In this document: piece after piece, positions 1 through 9,247 of the stretch | Layout of the letters: every line of letters begins with the position of its first letter | Position numbering within the stretch: position 1 is the first letter of the stretch | Source of the DNA: Saprolegnia diclina VS20 | Taxonomy: Eukaryota | DNA: 20,000 nucleotides | NCBI RefSeq assembly: GCF_000281045.1 | Contig: NW_008246071.1 | Location: 1,186,889-1,206,888 of the forward strand | Reading direction: 5' to 3' | The notes under the pieces: model-generated | What the model saw: the letters and a program-made list of their open reading frames with translations, nothing else | Database searches by the model: none | What the model was told of the DNA's origin: nothing | Position numbers and translations under genes: made by a program

Positions 1-695
1 TAAATGGTCTCAAAGCCCACGTTGCGGACGTGGCGGTTCCCATGGCGGACGCTGCGCACGACGATGGACGAGAGAAACTTGAAGTTGTCTTCGGGAAGAA
101 GCTCGAGAAACGCCGGGCCCAGGCCGTGCACAATGTACTTGATTGTGAGGAGGCACGTCTCGAGCGACTTGAAGCCCGAGATGTCGTCGAGGCGGTGCGG
201 CGACTTGGGCGTTGATAGCGGCGACGCAAGCGGAATCGACGTGTCAAAGTACGCAAAGTACTCTTCTTCATTCACCTCTTCAAACTCGGGCGACCGCGTA
301 ATGTTGCACTCGACGATCTCGAGCAGCTCGGCCGCAAACTCGCGGTAGAGACCGACGCCGAGGACCGCCGCGAGCGCGCCGAGGGCCTTCCCGACCAGTC
401 GTCGCACACGCGGCTCGAGGTTCTCCAAATGCGCATGGCACTGCGCGAGCACGATATGGCGCACAGCGTCGTGGGCCGCCACGTCCTTGGCAAAGTCGGT
501 CGTGAGCACAAAGCCGACGGCGAGGACTTCCCAGCGCGGCTTCTCGGCGTCGACCAGGAAGGTCGGGATGGCGTCGACGTAGGCGGCCGGCGACGGCGCC
601 GCGAGCAGCGCGTTGGCCGCGTCGACGATATGGGACGGAAGCTGCTCCCGGCGCAGGAGGCTGCGAAGGGCGTTCTCGGCGTTCGAAAGCTCCAT
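1..695 (-). CDS. HEAT/ARM-repeat-like helical hypothetical protein, 5' part (runs off the window edge)
   Basis: Absent from the ORF track because it has no stop in the window. ATG at 695 opens an uninterrupted frame to position 3: MELSNAENALRSLLRREQLPSHIVDAANALL...HAHLENLEPRVRRLVGKALGALAAVLG...RSVRHGNRHVRNVGFETI. 'LENLEPRVRRLVGKALGAL' and 'HGNRHVRNVGFE' resemble HEAT-repeat turn/helix motifs. Third codon positions are GC-rich. Confidence 0.75.
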   Translation of the reverse strand, partial: MELSNAENALRSLLRREQLPSHIVDAANALLAAPSPAAYVDAIPTFLVDAEKPRWEVLAVGFVLTTDFAKDVAAHDAVRHIVLAQCHAHLENLEPRVRRLVGKALGALAAVLGVGLYREFAAELLEIVECNITRSPEFEEVNEEEYFAYFDTSIPLASPLSTPKSPHRLDDISGFKSLETCLLTIKYIVHGLGPAFLELLPEDNFKFLSSIVVRSVRHGNRHVRNVGFETI

Positions 696-1076
696 TCGAC
701 AAATCGAAATTGACTTTGGTGTCCCACGCCTAAACGCACGCAACTATCCATCCCGGATACGTATAATCCTTGGCACTGGATTCGATCCACAAAGTGCAAC
801 AAGAGCTTATTGACGCTTGACTGCACCCAAGACCGAGACGCCTTGGACACGAAGTCGAAGACAGCAGGAGCGAGCAGGCATTTGATGTGGATAGGTAAGG
901 CGAAGCGCAACGATAGATGCTGGATATTGCACCATCTCGCCATTTGTATCGGATAGCTATATTTTCGATTCTGTAGAATGGATAGTTGTGGCTTCCGGAT
1001 GTCCGGATACGTGGGGCTGCATCCATGCAGCACAACAATTGGCCCTCATCTCGCGATTTCCATCGGCTTCTTCAGC
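696..1076. promoter_or_regulatory. Compact divergent promoter (HEAT-like gene / EF-Ts) with a GGATA cluster and a putative oomycete INR/FPR-like element
   Basis: 381 nt between head-to-head ATGs. GGATA at 755, 889, 922, 951, 980 and 1005; TATCC at 745. CTCATCTCGCGATTT at 1045-1059 loosely matches the oomycete initiator (TCATTY...WTTT). Confidence 0.55.
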
Positions 1077-2069
1077 ATGCTGCGCTCGACCCTCTTTGCC
1101 CGCCGTGTCGTCGGCCTCGCCGGCCCGTCCAGCCTCCGCTCCATGGCCACGTACTCTCCGTCCATGGAAGAGATCAAGAAGCTCCGCACGGCGTCGCAGG
1201 CGCCCATGAAGGACGTCAAGAAGGCGCTCGTTGAAGCCGAAGGCGACTTCCCTGCTGCCTTTGAGTGGCTTCGCAAGAAGGGCATTGCGTCGGCGACCGC
1301 CAAGGCTGGTCGCACGGCCGCTGAAGGTCTTGTCGGTATCTTTGTTGACGCCGACAAGAAGCGCGGTGCCATGGTTGAGGTCAACAGCGAGACGGACTTT
1401 GTCGCGCGCAACGACCAGTTCCAGGCGTTGGTCGCCCAGGTCACGCGTGGCGCCCACGCCGGCGCGCTCCTTGGTGAGCTCGACACGCCTGCGATGGCCC
1501 AGGTCGCTGTCGAAGGCCGCTTGGTCGCGGACCTTGTCCCGGAGCTTGTCGGTCGCGTCGGCGAGAACATCGTCGTCCAGCGCGGTACTACGATCAACGT
1601 TGAGCACGGCGTTGTCTCGAGCTACACGCACCGTGTTGCGTCGCAGGAGCTCAACTTGGGCCGCGCGGGTGCGCTTGTCGGCCTCGAGGTCGAAGGCGAG
1701 CTCTCGTCCGCCAAGGTCGCCGACTTGGAAGCGCTTGGCAAGAAGCTCGCGATGCACGTCGTCGCGGCCAAGCCCAAGTTCCTGAACCGTGATGCGGTCC
1801 CGGCCGAGCGCGTCGAAGCCGAGCGCGCGTTTGTCTTGGAGCAGGTCCAGGTGCAGGCGACGAACAAGCCGGCCAACATTGTCGAAAAGATGGTCGACGG
1901 CCGCATGAACAAGTTCTTTGGCGAGGTCACGCTCGTCGACCAGGTGCATATGGTCGAGGAAGGCAACCCGAAGGTCTCGGCGCACTTGGAGAAGGAAGGC
2001 GCGCGCCTTGGCCTCAAGATCAAGCTCTCGGCGTTCCAGCGCTACGAGATTGGCGAAGAGCAGCTCTAA
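1077..2069 (+). CDS. TSFM: Mitochondrial translation elongation factor Ts (intronless)
   Basis: EF-Ts signatures IKKLRTASQAPMKDVKKALVEAEGDF...WLRKKG, EVNSETDFVARN, KLAMHVVAAKP and IVEKMVDGRMNKFF. The likely start is ATG 1077 (MLRSTLFARRVVGLAGPSSLRSMAT), an Arg/Ser-rich, acid-free presequence. The track start at 978 lies in promoter-like sequence. Confidence 0.95.
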   Translation: MLRSTLFARRVVGLAGPSSLRSMATYSPSMEEIKKLRTASQAPMKDVKKALVEAEGDFPAAFEWLRKKGIASATAKAGRTAAEGLVGIFVDADKKRGAMVEVNSETDFVARNDQFQALVAQVTRGAHAGALLGELDTPAMAQVAVEGRLVADLVPELVGRVGENIVVQRGTTINVEHGVVSSYTHRVASQELNLGRAGALVGLEVEGELSSAKVADLEALGKKLAMHVVAAKPKFLNRDAVPAERVEAERAFVLEQVQVQATNKPANIVEKMVDGRMNKFFGEVTLVDQVHMVEEGNPKVSAHLEKEGARLGLKIKLSAFQRYEIGEEQL

Positions 2070-2114
2070 GTGGTTTCGCAACAATGTACTTGAATTCTAG
2101 ATGCTTCACTCCTC

Positions 2115-3246
2115 TTACAACGCGTACGAACCCACGAAGAGGGCGAGAAGAAGCACAGCGACGACTGACGCGAGGACAAACTTGTTGTGCAGCAGCGACG
2201 GCGCGGCGGTCGCTGCCGTCGTCGTCGTCGCAGCCGGCGTCGTCGCAGCCGCGAGCTTCTTGCCGAAAAGCTCCTTTTCGCGCAGCCTTTGCTGCTCGCG
2301 CTTCTCCTTGACGAGCTTGATGAGGTCGCGCACTGCCTTGTTGGTCGGGTCGATCTCGAGCGCGCTTCGAATGAACACGGTTGCTTCGTCGCAGTCGCCT
2401 TGCTGGTACGAGATTTGCGCGAGACGGTAGATGGCCTTCATGTTCTTCGCGTCGACCTGCAGCACTTCCTTGCTCGAGTCTTTGGCCTCCTTGAACTTGC
2501 CGAGCTTGCACTGGACGTTGGCAACATTATTGCCGAGCGCGACGAGGAGCTCCTTGCACTGGAGGTTCGACGCATGATCCTCGTCCGAGTCCCATTGCTC
2601 GAGGACCTTGAGCGCCTTCTTGTAGCAGTTGGTCGCATACGCGTAGTTTTGGGCGCCAAACCACTTGTTGCCGCTCGCCTTCTTCTTGTTGGCCTCGGTA
2701 AGGAGCTCTGCGTTGGACATTTCTTCCGGGATCTTGCGCTCCGAGACCCATTTGTCAAGCGAAATGATAAACTTGATGCTGGCGTCCTTCATGTCTTGGT
2801 TGGCCTACGCGACGCGTCAATGAACCGCTTCTCGTAGGTGGCTGCGTACCTGCTCGTCAAAGGACCCGGCATTCCCATAGGCGTACCGCGCTTCGCAGTG
2901 GACCTCAGCCGACTCGCCTTCGCGCAGCAGCCGCGACAAGAGCTCCAAGGCTATGCAAAAGACGCGATACGTCGAGCAATGTGGTCAGTGCGACGCGTAC
3001 CCGCCAGCGTCTCGTTGTCGCCAATGCGGAACGCAACCTGCTCGTTCTCGACGATGGCCTTGCCCGTCTCGAGCTCGTAGCTGCTGTACGTCATGATGAC
3101 TTCGTCGCCAAACTCTACGAGGCAATGAGTCGCGGGCAGAGGTCGGTTCGATTACCAGCTTTCTTGCCGTCGGGGTTCGTCTTGATGTACTTCTTGCGGA
3201 TGGCGCCGGTGCCCAAGACATCTTCAAAGCCGTCTTCCTTGCTCAT
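2115..3246 (-). CDS. FKBP-type PPIase-like domain + TPRs + C-terminal transmembrane anchor (FKBP8/FKBP38- or FKBP42-like), about 331 aa
   Basis: Exons 3246-3156, 3114-3001, 2950-2850 and 2804-2115, with GT-AG introns of 41, 50 and 45 nt (total 996 nt, in frame). N-terminus FEDVLGTGAIRKK...FRIGDNETLAALELL...GESAEVHCEARYAYG is FKBP-like. TPRs: KKASGNKWF...YATNCYKKAL, VLQVDAKNMKAIYRLAQ, ALEIDPTNKAV. Hydrophobic tail FVLASVVAVLLLALFVGSYAL. Probable 5'UTR intron at about 3251-3307. Confidence 0.88.
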
Positions 3247-3428
3247 GACCTAGACGGCGCTCCATGAGGGCCCTGCGCCATGGCAGACGTCAGCAGCATG
3301 CTCGTACACGCGTCTCGGATATCCCGTTTCACGCAATATAAATTAAAAAGGTCGCGTGTGGGTGTCGTCCAGCATGGCCCGTTCCGTATATCTTTTTAGG
3401 CTCGCGAACGCAGGACGCACGCCTCTGT

Positions 3429-3703
3429 GATTGGTGCTTGCTATGACAAAGATACTCGTCCCATACAACAATGCAGTATAGAAAGGTCGGCCTGCCATGC
3501 ACTACGAACTTGGGGCGCACCCAGTTCTTATGTTGAGGTGCAACACAGTACAATAAAAAACGTGGATGTATTTTATTGATATAATTAATATCACATAGTC
3601 CGTCGAAGTAAAACGTGACACAATTGATTTAATGATATACCGTTTTTATTCCATGGGTGCACGATGGGCGGGTTTGTGTCAGCCAATCAGCGTGCGTGAT
3701 TGG
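3429..3703. promoter_or_regulatory. CCAAT boxes in the AT-richer divergent promoter of the FKBP-TPR and SAP30-PHD genes
   Basis: GATTGG at 3429-3434, then an inverted pair CCAATCA (3683-3689) and TGATTGG (3697-3703). Similar boxes lie in other intergenic regions at 7528, 7556, 8038 and 14951. Confidence 0.5.
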
Positions 3704-4077
3704 GCTCGATTTATATGTTTTCAGAGGGTTTGCATTCAATGTGGGAGGTTTTGGTTTATACTCGGCCAATGTAACGACCAACAGAACCATGAGTTTTGGT
3801 TCAAAAAGGAAGAAAACAAAAAACGAAGTCCGAGCTCCAGCAGCAGCAAGCAGCCCGCGAGCGACCAGACCACGAACGACCCACGGCTGCCAACCCAACG
3901 ACCCCGCGCGCCCGCCAATTGCCCCTTCGCTACTACTACCGAAGCGCCATCTTCCCCGCGCTTCCTCTCACTCTACACTTCACAAGCTCGCCAACGATAC
4001 CAAGCAAGGTACAGCGACCGTCGCATGCGACCCATTGATGCAGACGCTCATGGGTGCTGGCCGTTGTAGGCGCCATC

Positions 4078-5080
4078 ATGACCACTGTCGACGTAGCCAT
4101 GGCGTCCATTCCTCTCACAGAAAAGGCCACGCCGGTCGCCCAGCGCAGCACGACCAGCGACGGGTCGAAATCCAAGACCAAGGACAGCGTGTACAAACAA
4201 GACAAGGCCGCAAACGCCAAGAAGATTGTATATCCCCCGCGCCTTCTCGTTGACTTCAAGTCGCTCCAGGTAGTCATATCACATGACAATGGTCGTGACG
4301 ACGGCGCGTAGATGGACGCGTTGCACAAGTACGTGGCCTTTTACCAGCTTCCCGTGCGCGAAGAGTACACGAAGGACGATCTGGCATCGCTCGTTGCGCG
4401 GTAGACAGTTGATGGCGACGTCATCGAGAGGATTGACGGTGGCTCCATATATAGGCACTTTGACTGCTCGCTCGAGGTCGAAGAGGACGAATCGATCCTG
4501 TCGTTCGTTACACGCGTCCGCAACGGCGAAAAGGCCAGCCGAACACAGCGCCAAGCGACGGACAAGAAGGTCAAAGCGGAAGCTGCCGCGGCAAAGGAAG
4601 CCAAGAAGGCGGCGCAGCAAGCGTCCAAGCCGGCGGCCGCATCGTCGAGCAACAAGCGGCCGCGGCCCGACGAGGCCGATGCGCATGACGAGCCAGAGAA
4701 GGAATCCAAGGACGACGTTGCGCCGCCGCCGGCCAAGGCGCCCAAGCCCAAGGGCGGCAAGTCGTCCAAGAAGGAAGAAGACAACGAGCTCTACTGCGTA
4801 TGTAACCTCCCGAGCTATGGCAACATGATTGCTTGCGACGGCGACAAGTGCCCGAACCCCGCGCAGTGGTATCACTTGGAATGCGTCGGCATCTCGGACG
4901 GCCAGCAGCCCGACACATGGTATTACAGCTCACTGCGGGCGTGTGGCTCACGCGACAATTAGGATGTGCCCCGAGTGCGACCCGAAGGCGTTCGCGGCAG
5001 TGCTCAAGAAGAAGAAGAAGGCGCGCAAGATGCAGCAACAGTCAGGGTCCTCCTCGAGCTCGAGCTCGTCTCGCCGATAA
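4078..5080 (+). CDS. SAP30 Sin3-binding-like domain fused to an ING-type PHD finger, about 287 aa
   Basis: Exons 4078-4269, 4312-4400, 4455-4919 and 4963-5080 (864 nt, in frame). The splice gives VDFKSLQMDALHKYVAFYQLPVREEYTKDDLASLVARHFDCSLEVEEDESILSFVTRVR (SAP30 C-terminal-like) and LYCVCNLPSYGNMIACDGDKCPNPAQWYHLECVGI...WMCPEC (C4HC3 PHD, ING type), followed by KKKKKARK. Probable 5'UTR intron at 4009-4069. Confidence 0.85.
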
Positions 5081-5158
5081 GGGGTTACCTGCGCTCGACC
5101 CTTGCAATTACAAAAGGAACACCCTACTCTCCGTTGCATACCGTAAACAAATACAATG

Positions 5159-7501
5159 CTACACGCCCTTCTTCTTCTTCTTCTTGGCGTCGACGGCTGT
5201 GGTCTCGTGCAACAACCCAAGCGCTGCGTGCAGGAAGACTTGCTCAAAGGCCGCGGATTGAAGCTGGTCGAGGCGCCCGCCGCCGCCAAAATGACCGCCG
5301 TCTTCGCTGACGCGGAGCCAAATGTGGTCTGTCGGCGTCGCCGTGTTCTTGGCCCGAATCGCGTGCACGAGCTTGATGGGCTCCCAGTACTGCACGCGCA
5401 TATCGTTCATCGAAGAGGTCAGGAGCATGCGCGGGTATGTCGTGTGGCGCTGGACGTTGTTCGTTGGCGCATACGAGCGCATGTAGTCTCGGACGACCAA
5501 GTCCTTCGGACAGCCCCACTCGTCGTACTCGTGGATCGTCAGCGGCAGCGACTCGTCGAGCATCGTGTCGAGAATATCCACAAAGGGTACATTGAGCACG
5601 AGGGCGCGGAAGAGGGTCGGGTATTCGTTCGCCATGTACCTACAACAAGCATCGATGCAGTGTCATGGACAAAGTGCTGCACCCCATGATGAGGCCACCG
5701 GCCGACGTGCCTTTGCCCGCGAGCTTGGCTGACGAAGTGATCCCGTGCGTCAAGAGGTACGTGGCGCATGCATGGTAGTCGATGAACGTATTCTTCTTGG
5801 CGAGCTGTCGCCCGTTGGCGTGCCACTGGAGACCGAGCTCGCCGCCGCCGCGGACATGGGCAAAGGCGAGGACCCAGTTGCGCTCGAGCAAACTCAGGTG
5901 CTCGACTTCGTACCCAAGCTCGAGGTTGGCACCGTAGGCGCCATAGCCCAGGAGCAGGGTCGGGTTGTTGCCGTCGTATACCACATCTTTGTGATGCACG
6001 AGCGTCATCGGAACGGAGGGGCCGTCGCTTTGGTCGACAAGCACGCGTCGGCAGACATACGATTGGCGCTCAAACGGCGCATGCGTCTCCTTGAGCGCAT
6101 CGAGTTGCCCTAATTTGATACCTTGATACCAAAAGCTCATAAGCGTCACGTACGGGCCGCCATGTCGTAGTGGTAGACGATCTCGGGCACGAGCGGTGTC
6201 GACAAGGAAAACCGGACACTGGACGCGTGAAAGTCGCGGTTGATGCCGGCCATGAGCGAGCACACTGCGTGCTCCTTGGGCAGCGGCACAATGTGGTACG
6301 CACTTGGCTCGGCGAGCGGGCAAATGCGAACGCGCGGTAGCCCGTCGCACCGTTCGTAGAGCACAAGGTACTCTGCAAAGAGGTCCATGTCATCGATTTT
6401 GACACCTACAACGTGGCTTGCGATGGGTGTCGCACTCGTACACTGTACCTGGAAGGTCGGGCAGCACGTCCACCCACGTGCCAGTGCCAATGGCTGTGTC
6501 GTCGAGCCGCACGATCTTGTAGTTGGCGGCCTACGCCGTGCATTCAAGCAGGGAAACGGGTTTGGTGGCGTACGTTGTCGGCGTTGGTGACAATGTAAAA
6601 GGCGCCGTCCGAGTGGTCGGCAAAGTAGTGCGTGTGGTCCTGGCGAGCACGCAGCGTGATCGGCCGGGCAGTCCTGTCGGACGCATCGAGCGCGTGGACC
6701 TCGGACGACTGCTTGGAGTTGGCGTTGATCAAAACGAACTGTTGATCCTTGGTGAGCACCACGTCCAAGAAGACGCTCGGGTCGTGCTCGACATAGATCT
6801 ACAGTATAAGTTGTGAGATGCAGAGATGCTGACTGGCGGCGACCAGCTCGTCCTGGGACGTTCCCGAGAGGGCGTGGCGATACACGTGGTGCGGGCGGTA
6901 GTAGGCGTCGGGCACCGTGTAGTACAAGCAGTTGGCCGTGCCCCATTCGATACTGCGCACGTTGCCATGCACACGCCGAGTTTGGCCTGTCGTGACGTTC
7001 TTGACGAACGCTTCAAACTGCTCGTTGCCGTCGCGATCGGCCGTATACGCGAGGTACTTGCCGTCCGGTGAGACTTTAAAGACGGTCACTTGACCGCAGT
7101 CGAGAACGTTCGGGTCCAGAAGCACCTCCTCGACGCACGTCCCGAGGTGCTGCCGGTAGTAAATCGGGTAGTTGGACCGTGGAAGGTGCTTGAGATAGTA
7201 CGCATAGGCGCCAATCTGCTCAGGTATCGAGTGCTCCATCTCGCCCAAGTTGAGCCGTCCGCGCATCTCGAGGTACAGCGCGCGCTGGAACTTGCGGTGG
7301 GGCTGGCTCGCCTTCTTCCAGATGGCCTCTTCTGCCTACAGGAGCCATTCGCATGAGCGGATGCGGTTGATAGCAAGGGCGGACCTTTATGAATTGAGCT
7401 AGCTTCTTGCTCGTCGGATCGCGGAGCCACGCATGGGACGTCGAGGCCAAGAGCCGCGGCCGCAGTGCGCGTGGGAGCCACCGGCGTACTTGGTGGAGCA
7501 T
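5159..7501 (-). CDS. opdB: Oligopeptidase B / protease II (prolyl oligopeptidase family S9A), 7 exons, probable mitochondrial presequence
   Basis: Catalytic motifs GTSAGG (Ser, about 5693-5710), SSMNDMRV (Asp) and GGHFG (His). Family motifs LLLGYGAYG, HVRGGGELG.QWH..GR...KKNTF.D and LPLTIHEYDEWGCP. Beta-propeller region VSPDGKYLAYTADRDGNE. Six GT-AG introns join the track fragments into one frame. Starts MLHQVRRWLPRALRPRLLAS. Confidence 0.92.
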
Positions 7502-8086
7502 CTTCGCCAAATCTTATGGCCGCGCCCGATTGGTGATAAAATCGAATCGTTTTAGCCAATCCCATTGCGCTTGTGGTCATGTAGCTTCGAACTTCGTTGC
7601 TTCGACTCATGGTGTCACTTGTTTCTCATGCTCGATGTCAATGCTCATCCCAAGTGCCAGGCAACACGAGAATCCTCGCGACAAGAACTTCTCCTCGTTC
7701 TTGCTGTTCAATATCTCCGACACGGTGCTTAGCCTCGGATATATTCAGTTGGCTCGAACTGCATCATATCTTAGTCTGAGTTTGCAGTTGCTCGTTGGTC
7801 GGTGCGGTAAGGTGAGCCAAAAGCCGTTGAGAAAGGCCGTCGAGTCGCTCGACGAAAAGTCTCGTATGACGAGATCCAACGGGCGCAAGGAGCCACCGAC
7901 GCGCATGATGCGTGGATGGCGTCACTGGCAGTCGCTAAGAGTGTGACCAGATCGACGTCGAACTCGGGCCTCGTTAGAGTCGAGCCGCAGCGGCGAATGG
8001 AAGAAGCACCTACCGCCGATCCGCACCCGTAGGTTGACCAATCACAGCGTGGGCCTCCATTTTGCACCATTACCGGTGCATTCTCG

Positions 8087-9247
8087 ATGCCATCCCTGAT
8101 GCCGTCCGTGCTCGCCAAGGCGCGCAAGTCCAAGGACGACGCTTCAACAGCGCGGAAGCGAGCGCAGTCGCGGGCGTCGACGCAGCGCTGGCGGCAGAGC
8201 CAGCAGGTATGCGCTTGCCTGCAAGGTCAACAGCGTGATCCTCATGGCGGCTGTAGCAATCCGTGGCCGTGATGCGTCGACAAGTGGCCGAGCTCGAGGC
8301 GGCCCTCGCCGCCAAGCTCTTTCACGATCGAGACGCGGTGCTTCCGCCGGCGATGGAGCAGCTGATGGCGGCAAAGAAGTACTACGTGCACGAGAACATG
8401 CAGCTGCGCGCGGCTCTGCAAAAGTATCAAGCGCTCCTGAACCAGACGCTCCTTGTACGCGATCATCGACGCTCTCAGCGTATGCGTGATTTTGTTGCGA
8501 TAGCCGCTCCTGCGCACGGTACAGCCCCTCGTCCTCGACGATGCATTTGTCCGCAGCGAGATTCGCCGTGCAAAACTGCAGCTGGACGCGCTCGAGTTGC
8601 GCACAGGGTCGCACCTTGCGGGGCGACAGCTCCATGGCTGGAGCTGTGTGACCCACACACACAGCGACGCGGTCGTCTATGATATCCAGAAGCGTTTCCA
8701 GCATGTTTCACTTCACGTCATTTCCAACCACATCTGGCACGTCTACCAAGACTCGGCGGCGTATGTCCAGCTTGCCGACTTGATCTTAGACCACGAGGTT
8801 GGTGACTACTCGGTGTTACAGCCGCGGAGATGCGATCACGCCTTGTAGGTTCTGCGAAGGATCGGCGACAATGTGCTCGTCTTGCGCATCTCGACGTGGC
8901 TCCCGTCGCTCCAGCGAGCGATTCCCATGTACCTCGTGCTGTACCGCGAGATCGCACCATCGTCGTACTCGCTCTACGTGGCGACGCTGCGCCCCGACTT
9001 GACGCCGAGCCCCCATACGTTTGCGTATGCCGTTGGACCAACAAGGTGCGAGACTAAAACACCGTGTAGGTTCCTCGGCGTCGCGTCGCTGGACGGCTAT
9101 GTAAGCTCGTGCAAAGGCGTCTACTCGCTCGTCGCCGGCAGCGTCGTGGACGCCGACTCGATCCTCGAGCAGATGATATTTTCGCACTGCCGCTTCGAAG
9201 CGCTTTTGAAAAGCAGCTTCAAGGACCTCCGTCTATGCGACCGATAG
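8087..9247 (+). CDS. bZIP-like basic region/coiled coil plus an uncharacterised alpha/beta C-terminal domain, about 321 aa
   Basis: Exons 8087-8206, 8257-8454, 8504-8797, 8849-9024 and 9070-9247 (966 nt, in frame; introns 50, 49, 51 and 45 nt). The splice gives ARKRAQSRASTQRWRQSQQQSVAVMRRQVAELEAALAA, a basic region followed by a heptad pattern. CCAATCA box at 8038-8044 upstream. The gene model is well supported; the product name is tentative. Confidence 0.7.

Noticed and set aside
272..1033. Track ORFs 272-1033 (-) and 280-702 (-)
   Set aside because: Wrong frames with Arg/Ser/Pro-rich translations. The plausible frame starts at ATG 695 and runs off the window.
957..2084. 375-aa antisense ORF over EF-Ts (likewise 17227-18210, 11175-11990 and 10042-10629)
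   Set aside because: Same codon-bias shadow effect; each is fully explained by the opposite-strand gene.
3329..4069. ORFs of 60-198 aa in the FKBP/SAP30-PHD spacer (also those at 7407-7946 and 9219-9753)
   Set aside because: AT-richer promoter or UTR sequence with CCAAT boxes, non-ATG or weak starts and no domain signal.
5005..5186. (AAG)5 and (CTT)6 forming an apparent inverted repeat across the convergent gene ends
   Set aside because: Both are poly-Lys codon runs in the two CDS tails. There are no TSD or TIR features of a mobile element.
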